From contig JBEKSG010000005.1 in NCBI GenBank assembly GCA_049997855.1, positions 1,111-65,110 on the forward strand: a DNA stretch of 64,000 nt, in the 5' to 3' direction. Shown piece by piece: positions 37,833 to 46,269 of the stretch; position 1 is the first letter of the stretch; each line of letters begins with the position of its first letter. Under the pieces are notes generated by a model that did no database searches, was not told where the DNA came from, and saw nothing but the letters and a program-made list of their open reading frames with translations. A program made the position numbers and the translations under genes. The stretch comes from Minisyncoccia bacterium (lineage in GTDB: Bacteria > Patescibacteriota > Minisyncoccia > Phycocordibacterales > SBAW01).

Positions 37833-38834
37833 TTATACACGATTATAAAGGCCTGGCCGAGACCTGCCATTCACAAACAAAGCGGCAAGCGCCAAATGGA
37901 GGTCGGGGTTAGGAGCGTGCCCCGCAAGCAAAGCGGCGGCGCGCGAAGCACCAAAGGTGCGCACGGTGGCGCCTGGCACAAACAGCGCTCCAAGCGACGC
38001 GTCGCTCTCGAGTGCGCGTGCAAACCAACTTCCGAGCGGCTCCTCGGCAACCACGAGCGCTTCCTCCGGAGTGCCATTTTGTGCAAGCGTTTCAACTCCT
38101 TCCGCAAATTGCTCCAACCAATGGCGCTCTGCTGCTTCAAACGGCTCGTGATAGAGATGCTCAGCGTGCTTGGCAAGCGCGAGCGCGGTGGATATCTCTG
38201 CAAACGTGAGTGCGGCGTGCGTGGAGAGCGTCCGATACACGCTGTGCGCGCCAACCGGCAATGTGCCGTAGCCAAGCGCCTTGCCGTCTTGCAGCAACAC
38301 GAGCTCGGTTATCTCGCCGCGCGGGATGGTAAGCAATATGGTGCCGCCCGCGAGCGCTCCTGCTCCGCCATAAGCCGCCGCGGCTGCACTGGTGTGGAGA
38401 GAAAGCGGCAAGTCGTCGGCAAAAAGCGCGAGTTCGTTTTTTAACATCGTGTGTAGATACGGAGAAAAATCAGGTTTGCCTGCGGCAAGGTTTGGCACGC
38501 CCCACGGCGCTCCTAAAAAAGCGGTCGCGCGCGAAAAGATGCCGCGATTGGCGGTCTTTGGGTTTGAGCGCAAGCGCGCCGCCACCAAGCTGATCTCGGC
38601 AAGAGCCTCGTGCAAAGCCTTTTCTACCTGTGAGGCAATGGCAACACTCGAGAGCATGCGAGGCGGTGCAAAGCGGATGCGCCGTTCGGCAAAAAGCACC
38701 GGCGCGCTTTCTGTAGAAAGATGTGCGAGAGCGGCGCCCACGCTCGAGCTCTCAACGTCGAGCAAAAGGACATTTTGCGTAGAAGCCTGTTTCCTCCAAA
38801 ACATGCTTTTAGTATAGCGCAAAATTAAATCCAC
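37833..38834 (-). CDS. Putative actin-fold ATPase (FtsA/PilM-like), Ala-rich.
   Basis: N-terminal phosphate-1-like VLLLDVESSSVGAALA and a central AGGTILLTIPRGEITELVLLQDGKALGYGTLPVGA resembling the DxGGGTTD adenosine/phosphate-2 motif of the ASKHA superfamily. The true start may be a downstream Met. Confidence 0.5.
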   Translation of the reverse strand: MDLILRYTKSMFWRKQASTQNVLLLDVESSSVGAALAHLSTESAPVLFAERRIRFAPPRMLSSVAIASQVEKALHEALAEISLVAARLRSNPKTANRGIFSRATAFLGAPWGVPNLAAGKPDFSPYLHTMLKNELALFADDLPLSLHTSAAAAAYGGAGALAGGTILLTIPRGEITELVLLQDGKALGYGTLPVGAHSVYRTLSTHAALTFAEISTALALAKHAEHLYHEPFEAAERHWLEQFAEGVETLAQNGTPEEALVVAEEPLGSWFARALESDASLGALFVPGATVRTFGASRAAALLAGHAPNPDLHLALAALFVNGRSRPGLYNRV

Positions 38835-38918
38835 TCACTGATTACATGTGTCTATAGCTGGAACTATTTTAAAAAAGTGCTAAGGTAGCGCTTGGAACAG
38901 TTTTGGAGGCAACCCGTG

Positions 38919-39218
38919 TTCTATCCTGAATGTATTGCAGAGCTTAAGCGCTTAATCGAGAAAAAAGCTCCAGGCATTACTCCGCGCTATATAAGACCTC
39001 GAAAAGGTAGACATGCTCCGTTGCCTTATCTGCTTTGGATGCTTAATCGAATTGAACAAATGAACACCTCTTCAATCGACAAAGCACTCCAAGCCGCCCG
39101 GTGGATTGGCTGGATCTTTGCACATGCCGAACTTAACGGGCTGTTGAGCAACAGCGAAACTCGAACATTAATTCGCACCGATCGCGAAAAGGGTTTCGAC
39201 AAACCGCACTCACGCTGA
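38919..39218 (+). CDS. Hypothetical protein (99 aa from GTG; the ORF-track alternative is TTG at 38892).
   Basis: GGAGG lies 6 nt upstream of GTG 38919. No motif recognised. Confidence 0.4.
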   Translation, partial: FYPECIAELKRLIEKKAPGITPRYIRPRKGRHAPLPYLLWMLNRIEQMNTSSIDKALQAARWIGWIFAHAELNGLLSNSETRTLIRTDREKGFDKPHSR

Positions 39219-39233
39219 GTTGCGGTTTTTTTA
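39202..39233. terminator. Bidirectional terminator between convergent CDS 38919..39218 and alaS (AACCGCA-12nt-TGCGGTT + TTTTTTT).
   Basis: Read directly. The hairpin overlaps both stop codons. Confidence 0.6.
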
Positions 39234-41165
39234 TTCCAACACCGCCCTGATGCGTCTTATACCTTGGGCGACGGCTTCTTCTTTTACTATTTTAAATACG
39301 CCACTCTTCCCAAGCTTGCCGGTATGCTCTGCGTGCGGACCGCCGCAAAACTCTATCGAAAATGGGTTGGAAAGCGGCCCAACCGAGTACACCGATACTT
39401 TGTCGGGATATTTTGCGCCAAACTCATGTTCCGCACCAAGCTTTTCGGCATCTTCTTTTGCCATTTCAGTGCAAGTCATAGGGACATTCTCGGCAATTTT
39501 TTCGTTGACGATGCGTTCTACCTCCCTTTTTTGCTCGTCGGTCATTTTTTGCGGCCAGCTAAAGTCGATACGCAAGCGTTCCTCGGTGATATTGCTGCCG
39601 CGCTGATGCACCTCGGGGCCGAGTACTATTTGCAATGCTTTAAGCAAAAGGTGATGTGCCGTGTGGAGGCGCGTGGTCTTCTCGCTCGTGTCGGCTAAGC
39701 CGCCCTTAAACTTTTGCTCGCTCCCCGCGCGCGAACGGTTTTGATGCTCTTTGAGCAGTTCTTTAAACCCTTCGATGTCGATTTGTTTGATGCCTTTAGC
39801 GCCTGCCTCTTCGATGATCAGCTCAAGCGGAAATCCGTACGTGGTAAACAGCTGGAACGCGTCTTCGGCTGACACATGCCCGCTTCCCACAAACCGCTCA
39901 AGCTCGGCGCTACCGCGCGCAAGCGCGCGCCTAAATTGCTCTTCCTCTTCGGCAATCGCTTTTTCAATAGCCACAATTTTTTCGGTCAGTTCGGGATAGG
40001 CATCTTTATACATGTCGGCAATCGGCTTCACGATAGTTGCAAAACCCGCCTCGGTGATGCCTAAGCGGTCGGCGTGACGCACCGAGCGGCGGATGAGCCG
40101 GCGCACAAAGTAGCCTCGGTCGCTTTTGGCGGGCAATACGCCATCGGCGATCAAAAATACGGCGGCCTTCATGTGGTCGGCGATGATTCTAAATGCGCGT
40201 GTTTCCGAGGCGACGCCTCTATCAAGAGGCGTCGCCTCCAGGTGATATTTTTTGCCTGAAGCCTTTTCGAGATACTCAACGATGGGTTTATGACCGACGG
40301 CAATGATGTCGGGCAAGTTGTGGGCTGCCATAGCGATGCGCTCGAGGCCGCCGCCAAAGTCGACGTTTTGCTTAGGCAATGGCACAAACGAACCATCGAG
40401 GTGTTTCTGATATTGCATAAACACCGAGTTGCCTATCTCCAAAAAACGGCCACAATCGCAGTTGGGGTGGCAACGCTCACCAAATTTTTTGTCGTGCGCT
40501 GCTTGCCCGTCTTTTTTAAATTGTCCAAAGTCATAAAAAATTTCGGAGTCGGGGCCGCCCGGCTCGCCGGGCGGCATCTTGTGGGGCATGCCGGCGCGAC
40601 TCCACCAGTTTTTGCTGGAGTCGTAGTAAAAAATGCGTTCGCCTTCTTGCATCCCTTTTGTATATCCGTCGGCTTCGGAACCGATTGATGCTATCTTTGC
40701 CTCGATACCTTTCCCGTTAAAAAGTTTTTGCCAAATCCCCGCCGATTCGGTGTCTCGCGGAAGATTGAGCGCGGCATCGCCGATAAAAACCGAGACAAAC
40801 AGCTTGTGAGGATCGAGGCCGATGCTGTCGGTCAAAAACTCAAAGACCCACGGCAGTTGCTCTTTTTTAAAATAATCACCCAACGACCAATTGCCGAGCA
40901 TTTCAAAAAAAGTGGTGTGGCGATTGTCACCCACCTCCTCGATGTCGTCGCTCCTAAAAGCTTTTTGCGAATCGGCAATGCGCGTACCTTCGGGGTGCGT
41001 TTTGCCGAGTAAATACGGCACCATGGGTTGCATGCCCGAACCGGTAAAAAGCGTGGTCGGGTCGTTTTGCGGCACGAGAGGAGCCGAGGGGACAATGGCG
41101 TGTCCGCGCGCCTTAAAAAACTCAAGATAAGCCTGCCTGATTTCGCCGAGCGTCATGGCATCCAT
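39231..41165 (-). CDS. alaS: Alanine--tRNA ligase, short form (catalytic + tRNA-recognition + editing domains; no C-terminal C-Ala/oligomerisation domain).
   Basis: N-terminus MDAMTLGEIRQAYLEFFKARGH; class II motifs; editing-domain HxxxH...CxxxH (HTAHHLL ... FCGGPH). The protein ends about 25 aa after the editing-site Cys. Start set at the internal ATG (ORF-relative). Confidence 0.9.
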   Translation of the reverse strand: MDAMTLGEIRQAYLEFFKARGHAIVPSAPLVPQNDPTTLFTGSGMQPMVPYLLGKTHPEGTRIADSQKAFRSDDIEEVGDNRHTTFFEMLGNWSLGDYFKKEQLPWVFEFLTDSIGLDPHKLFVSVFIGDAALNLPRDTESAGIWQKLFNGKGIEAKIASIGSEADGYTKGMQEGERIFYYDSSKNWWSRAGMPHKMPPGEPGGPDSEIFYDFGQFKKDGQAAHDKKFGERCHPNCDCGRFLEIGNSVFMQYQKHLDGSFVPLPKQNVDFGGGLERIAMAAHNLPDIIAVGHKPIVEYLEKASGKKYHLEATPLDRGVASETRAFRIIADHMKAAVFLIADGVLPAKSDRGYFVRRLIRRSVRHADRLGITEAGFATIVKPIADMYKDAYPELTEKIVAIEKAIAEEEEQFRRALARGSAELERFVGSGHVSAEDAFQLFTTYGFPLELIIEEAGAKGIKQIDIEGFKELLKEHQNRSRAGSEQKFKGGLADTSEKTTRLHTAHHLLLKALQIVLGPEVHQRGSNITEERLRIDFSWPQKMTDEQKREVERIVNEKIAENVPMTCTEMAKEDAEKLGAEHEFGAKYPDKVSVYSVGPLSNPFSIEFCGGPHAEHTGKLGKSGVFKIVKEEAVAQGIRRIRAVLE

Positions 41166-41234
41166 AGTACCAAGATTATAAAATTTTGGTACTATGAACA
41201 CTCACGATTACCTTTATATAAATAGACAAAGATA

Positions 41235-43211
41235 ATGACAAAAAGACCAAAAAACTGGTGGGGATTTAAAACGCGCACTATCGACGCCTCGGTGCGGCCG
41301 CAAGACAACTTCTATCTCTACGCCAACGGCGGATGGCTTAAGCGCGCAAAAATACCAAAAGACGAGTCGCGCTGGGGCAGTTTTGTTACTCTGCGTGTCG
41401 ATACTGAGCACCAGCTTAAAGCGATTATGGATGATTTGCTTAAACGCAAAGCGTACCCAAAAGGCTCGCCTGAGCAGATGGCGAGCGATTACTATCGCGC
41501 CGCTTTTGACATGAAAACGCGCAACGCGCTCGGCATGCGACCACTCGAGCCTTTACTCAAAACAATTGATGCCATACAAACTAAAAAAGATCTGCTCAAT
41601 TGTATTGCGCGCTTTCACGTGCTCGGCATATCCGTTTTTTGGGGCGCCGGCGTCGACCAAGATTCTAAAAAAAGCACGGAGTATATAGTGCACCTCGTGC
41701 AAGACGGCCTTGGCTTGCCCGACCGTGATTACTATCTTGAAGATAAGCCCGAGCAAAAGCGCGTACGCGACGCCTACCTGGCACATATCGAAAAGCTTTT
41801 ACGCCTGGGAGGCACGGCTCCCGCCGAAGCTCGGCATGTGAGGAAGGTAGTGATGAACATAGAAATGAAGCTGGCAGGAGCTTCGATGAAAAAAGAGGAT
41901 CTCCGCGATCCGGAAAAGACATATCACAAAAGATCATTGGCAAAACTTAAAGCGATAGCGCCTGCTATCGATTGGAAAAACTATTTCGCTCGCACTAACG
42001 CGCAAAAAGCAAAACAGTTTATCGTGTGCCAGCCAAAGTTTTTTGCTTTTGTAAGTACTGTTATACAACATACTCCGCTTGAGGATCTCAAAACCTACAT
42101 GAGGTGGCACCTCGTTAACGAGTCGGCCGGATTACTTTCGGAAGCTTTTGTAAAAGAACATTTTGCCTTTTACGGCACCACACTCTCGGGCGCCAAAACA
42201 ATGAAGCCGCTGTGGCGTCGCGCGCTTGCTGCAGCCAATGGTGCGCTTGGCGACGCGCTCGGCAAGTTGTATGTGGCAAAGCATTTTCCTCCCGCATCGA
42301 AACGCGCTATGGACGCGCTCGTTGATGATTTGTTTGCAGCGTATGCCGAACGCATCAAAACGCTCGACTGGATGAGTGCCGGAACCAAGCGCAAAGCACT
42401 CACAAAACTAAAAAGTATGAACCGTAAAATCGGCTATCCTGCCAAATGGCGCGGCTACCGCGGGCTCAATGTAGCGCCGCAAGATTATTATGGAAACGTA
42501 ATGCGCAGTACCACCTACGAGCATTATCGCAACATGAATAAACTTGGCAAGCCGATAGACCGCAGCGAGTGGTTTATGTATCCGCAAACGGTCAACGCGT
42601 ACTTTTTGCCAACACTCAACGATATTGCTTTTCCTGCGGCAATACTCCAATGGCCGTTTTTTGACGCGCACGCCGACGCGGCGGTCAACTATGCGGCTAT
42701 TGGCTCGGTCATTGGGCACGAAATTACCCACGGCTTTGATGACCAAGGCGCTAAGTTTGATGCCAAGGGCACTATGCGCATGTGGTGGATAAAAAAAGAC
42801 GTGCAAAACTTTACCGCAAAAACAAAACCGTTTATCGCACAGGCCGACAAAGAAATTGCTGCCGATGGCGTGCACATTAACGGCAAGCTGACGTTGGGAG
42901 AGAACATAGCTGACTCGGGCGGCCTTATCATCGCCTACGATGCGTACCAAAACCATCTCAAAAAAACAAGCCGAAAGGTGATTGGCGGATTGTCGCCCGA
43001 GGAGCGCTTCTTTTTTGGTTTTGCTCAAACGGAGCGGGAGCTAGCACGGCCCGAACTTCTTAAACTTGCAGCACTAACCGATCCGCACGCCGCCGCGCCG
43101 TGGCGTATCAACGGCCCGCTCTCCAATTTTGAGCCGTTTTATCAAACGTTTAATGTTACAAAAGGCGACAACCTGTACCGCGAGCCAAAAACACGCGCAC
43201 AGATGTGGTAA
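41235..43211 (+). CDS. pepO: Peptidase M13 (neprilysin / PepO-like zinc endopeptidase).
   Basis: HEITHGFDDQG (HExxH) and ENIADSGG (ENxADxGG). Confidence 0.9.
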   Translation: MTKRPKNWWGFKTRTIDASVRPQDNFYLYANGGWLKRAKIPKDESRWGSFVTLRVDTEHQLKAIMDDLLKRKAYPKGSPEQMASDYYRAAFDMKTRNALGMRPLEPLLKTIDAIQTKKDLLNCIARFHVLGISVFWGAGVDQDSKKSTEYIVHLVQDGLGLPDRDYYLEDKPEQKRVRDAYLAHIEKLLRLGGTAPAEARHVRKVVMNIEMKLAGASMKKEDLRDPEKTYHKRSLAKLKAIAPAIDWKNYFARTNAQKAKQFIVCQPKFFAFVSTVIQHTPLEDLKTYMRWHLVNESAGLLSEAFVKEHFAFYGTTLSGAKTMKPLWRRALAAANGALGDALGKLYVAKHFPPASKRAMDALVDDLFAAYAERIKTLDWMSAGTKRKALTKLKSMNRKIGYPAKWRGYRGLNVAPQDYYGNVMRSTTYEHYRNMNKLGKPIDRSEWFMYPQTVNAYFLPTLNDIAFPAAILQWPFFDAHADAAVNYAAIGSVIGHEITHGFDDQGAKFDAKGTMRMWWIKKDVQNFTAKTKPFIAQADKEIAADGVHINGKLTLGENIADSGGLIIAYDAYQNHLKKTSRKVIGGLSPEERFFFGFAQTERELARPELLKLAALTDPHAAAPWRINGPLSNFEPFYQTFNVTKGDNLYREPKTRAQMW

Positions 43212-43250
43212 CCCCGACGTAAAGTCAGGGTTCCGACCAAAGTGTCGGGA

Positions 43251-43934
43251 TTACAACCAGTTAATGGGTTTTTTATTGTGTGCCAGCAAATAGTCATTGG
43301 TTTTGCTAAACGGCTTTGAACCGAAAAATCCGTTGGATGCCGAAAATGGCGACGGGTGTGCCGATTCGATAACGAGGTGTTTGCTCCGGTCGATATGCGC
43401 GCCTTTAGCCCGCGCGTAGTTGCCCCAGAGTACAAACACAAGATGTTCTTTTCTGTCGGAGAGTGCTTTGATAGCCGCGTCGGTAAACTCTTCCCAGCCT
43501 CGGCCCTGGTGCGAGCCGGCTGCCCCGCCTTGTACGGTGAGTGTTGCGTTTAACAGAAGTACACCCTGCTCCGCCCAGCGTGAAAGGTCGCCGTTCTTAT
43601 GCACGAGAGGTTTTCCTAAATCGTCCTCGATTTCTTTGAAAATATTTTGAAGTGAAGGCGGAAGTGGTGCTCTTTCGCCTACCGCAAAGGAAAGGCCGTT
43701 GGCTTGCCCTATGTTGTGGTAGGGATCTTGGCCGAGTATCACAACCTCGACTGTATCAAATGGGCACAAATCAAACGCGCGAAAAATATATTTTGCCGGA
43801 GGGTACACTGTTTTATTTTGGTACTCATGCTTTACAAAAGCTGCCAACGCCTCAAAATAAAGTTTGCCAAACTCATCCTCCAAAGCCTCCTTCCAACTTT
43901 GTTCAATTTTTACCTCCATGCCTTTAGTATACAA
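43251..43934 (-). CDS. ung: Uracil-DNA glycosylase (family 1).
   Basis: GQDPYH water-activating motif and the HPSPFS leucine-loop region. Confidence 0.95.
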   Translation of the reverse strand: MYTKGMEVKIEQSWKEALEDEFGKLYFEALAAFVKHEYQNKTVYPPAKYIFRAFDLCPFDTVEVVILGQDPYHNIGQANGLSFAVGERAPLPPSLQNIFKEIEDDLGKPLVHKNGDLSRWAEQGVLLLNATLTVQGGAAGSHQGRGWEEFTDAAIKALSDRKEHLVFVLWGNYARAKGAHIDRSKHLVIESAHPSPFSASNGFFGSKPFSKTNDYLLAHNKKPINWL

Positions 43935-43958
43935 AACTACGGAGGTTTAACCTCCGTA

Positions 43959-44246
43959 TTAGCAGTAGCCCTCTTCACGAAGAATTTCCATCTTACGTTC
44001 TGTGCCACCACGGTTGTAGTTGCCTATTTTGCCGTCGCTCCTTACCGCGCGATGACATGGGATTTTAGGATTGTAATTTTTAGACATCAAGGTGCCAACC
44101 GCGCGCGCTGCATTAGGATTGCCTGCTTTAGTAGCAACCTGTTTATAAGTCATTACCTTTCCTTTGGGGATTTTTGCCACAATGGCATAAACTTTTTTAG
44201 AAAAGAGATTTTGTCGTCGGCTTTTCATACTTTTTTGTAACTTCAC
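43959..44246 (-). CDS. ogt: Methylated-DNA--protein-cysteine methyltransferase, DNA-binding/active-site domain only (95 aa).
   Basis: IPCHRAV active-site motif and HTH (VMTYKQVATKAGNPNAARAVG). There is no N-terminal domain. The 5' end overlaps the stop of the next gene. Confidence 0.8.
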   Translation of the reverse strand: MKLQKSMKSRRQNLFSKKVYAIVAKIPKGKVMTYKQVATKAGNPNAARAVGTLMSKNYNPKIPCHRAVRSDGKIGNYNRGGTERKMEILREEGYC

Positions 44247-44982
44247 TCACCGCCTCGCGATAGGTACAGTAATCGCACTCTGCCCCGGCTTGCGGCAGTG
44301 CATCGCCATCCAAACATTTTTTTAACTCGACAAGCGCGCTGTCTATCCAGTCGGTCGAGCCTTTGTACGGTACGAGCGTGAGTTCAAAATCGAGCCGGCC
44401 GTCAAACGACTCTCGGTCTTTGCTTGCATTGGCATAAAACCAATAGCCCGTGTCGGACACGGTAAATCCGTTTTGGCGCAACAACCATTGATATATTTCG
44501 ATTTGGCGTTTGTAGCCGCGATGCCATTCTTCGTCGAGACTCTCGATACGGCCGTCTTTGCTGGTGGCTTTGTAATCGATAACGATGAGTTCGCCAGCTT
44601 TATTGACCCAAATATCATCAACACCACCGCGCACGGTAAGTCCGGTTTCTTTGTGCACGCACTTGATGCCCTGATTGAGCGCATTGCGCCACTCGTCCAT
44701 TTGTGCGTGATTTAGCGGCACTGCGTCTAGACCGTAGGCTTTAGCAAGCGGATGCGGCGTACCAAGCGCGCGATGAGTGTCGAGCTCCTTTTTAAGCAGC
44801 GCGTCGACGGCACTGTTGAGACTAAACGGGAATCCGGGCGGCCGCGCGACGCCGAGCTTGTTGTCGATGTAAAAACAGCGCGGACACTCCAAAAAAAGAT
44901 CTATTTTGGAGCGAGAAAGGGTCCATTTTGCTCCGCCGTAGCTGTAATCGGAGTTACGATTGGGTTTGTAGTACTGACTCAT
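44197..44982 (-). CDS. Cas4/RecB-like PD-(D/E)XK nuclease with four-Cys Fe-S cluster (DUF83-like), standalone.
   Basis: N-terminal CPRC, nuclease motifs GVDDIW / VIDYK / QIEIYQ, C-terminal CDYC. No cas genes or CRISPR array in the window. Confidence 0.75.
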   Translation of the reverse strand: MSQYYKPNRNSDYSYGGAKWTLSRSKIDLFLECPRCFYIDNKLGVARPPGFPFSLNSAVDALLKKELDTHRALGTPHPLAKAYGLDAVPLNHAQMDEWRNALNQGIKCVHKETGLTVRGGVDDIWVNKAGELIVIDYKATSKDGRIESLDEEWHRGYKRQIEIYQWLLRQNGFTVSDTGYWFYANASKDRESFDGRLDFELTLVPYKGSTDWIDSALVELKKCLDGDALPQAGAECDYCTYREAVSEVTKKYEKPTTKSLF

Positions 44983-45009
44983 AGGACACGTGCGTCCCAT
45001 TGTACCTCG

Positions 45010-45489
45010 CTAGTGCTCTCCTGTCCCGTATTTAGTGCGCACAATATTTTCAAGTGGAAGAAGCAGAGTTAATATCAATAGCGCAAACACCGCGGCGCCG
45101 AGCGCCAACAGCTCAAAGCCGAAACCGGTGGCCATGCCAATACCAGCCGCGACCCATAAGCCTGCGGCGGTGGTAAGCTCCACCGGATGCTCGCCGTGGA
45201 ACATCGCGAGGCCGGTACCAAGAAACCCGACGCCGAGCACCACGTTGGCTGCCACTTGGAGCGGATTGACTCCGGTAAAACCGGAAAGTTGGTAGCTTGC
45301 CAACACGCCCGCTATGACAAACAGCGCCGAGCCCATGGAGACCAGCGCATAGGTGCGCATGCCCGCGTGTTTGCCGGCAAGCGAGCGCTCAAGCCCCAAC
45401 AGCGCTCCGAGTACTGCCGCCACCAAAAGCCGCCACGCTAAAGCGAGTTGCATTACCGTTGAAATATCTATGCCAGGCCAAAGATACAT
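45010..45489 (-). CDS. mgtC: MgtC/SapB-family membrane protein.
   Basis: LAWRLLVAAVLGALLGLERSLAGKHAGMRTYALVSMGSALF is the MgtC N-domain. Confidence 0.8.
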   Translation of the reverse strand: MYLWPGIDISTVMQLALAWRLLVAAVLGALLGLERSLAGKHAGMRTYALVSMGSALFVIAGVLASYQLSGFTGVNPLQVAANVVLGVGFLGTGLAMFHGEHPVELTTAAGLWVAAGIGMATGFGFELLALGAAVFALLILTLLLPLENIVRTKYGTGEH

Positions 45490-45524
45490 AAGGCTATTGT
45501 AGCACCTGTTTTGAATGCACGTTG

Positions 45525-46220
45525 TTAGTTGGTCGTAAACTCCACCAACACGGGGTTGCCTTGTGCGTCGCGGACGGGTTTGTCGCTTTCAAGCGAAAAT
45601 ACTTTGTCGCCGTCATCAAGCGCCTCGCCTGCAAGGTACGTAAGCCCTGGCAAAGTACCGCGCAAAAGCTCAACGGTACCGCTTTGCGCGGCGTTTCCGG
45701 ATTGCGGCAAAAACAGCTCCGCACCGAGTGCGTTGCCGGGGACGCCTGCGTGGTCTTCATACACCACTACCCAGGTGGGTTGAGACACGACTACCCGCGA
45801 TACCGCTACGTCAAACCCTGCCGTTTGCGGAGAGGATATGACAAAATCACCCGAAGTGCTGGTAATGTTTAATACCGGCGCGGTGCTGTGTTGCCCTTGA
45901 GAGGAGGTAGAAGTTGCTGCCGTTTCGGTAGAAGTTGCGGTGAGCGCTGTTAATCCGCCATGATGCGAACCGGCAATGCCCCAACCGACAAGCGCTCCGA
46001 TAATAACTCCCGCTATAAATATACTCACATAGGTGCCTGTGTAAGATTTTGTCTGCATCGCAGTTTGCGTGGTACTGCGAGGCATAGAAGTCACCGGCGA
46101 CGTACTAGACGTCGCGCTTGCGGGAACGATAGGCTGAGACCATGAGAGCGACGACTTTTGACCCTGCGCTTGTTGACCTCCTTGATTATTGTCCTGACTA
46201 TGCCCGGTGTTTGCTTGCAT
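45525..46220 (-). CDS. Hypothetical membrane-anchored protein with low-complexity Gln/Ser/Thr-rich N-region and one TM helix.
   Basis: ORF track. TM YVSIFIAGVIIGALVGWGIA. No motif recognised. Confidence 0.5.
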   Translation of the reverse strand: MQANTGHSQDNNQGGQQAQGQKSSLSWSQPIVPASATSSTSPVTSMPRSTTQTAMQTKSYTGTYVSIFIAGVIIGALVGWGIAGSHHGGLTALTATSTETAATSTSSQGQHSTAPVLNITSTSGDFVISSPQTAGFDVAVSRVVVSQPTWVVVYEDHAGVPGNALGAELFLPQSGNAAQSGTVELLRGTLPGLTYLAGEALDDGDKVFSLESDKPVRDAQGNPVLVEFTTN

Positions 46221-46269
46221 ACGGTTATTACCTATTTAAAAATAATGCCTGGCGCTTGCCACGCCCCTA

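Noticed and set aside
44197-44246. Overlap of about 50 nt between the ogt start and the Cas4-like nuclease stop as a sign of a frameshifted fusion.
   Set aside because: The two proteins are in different frames with complete, independent domain sets. Overlapping starts are common in this window, and a later ogt start (44228) reduces the overlap.
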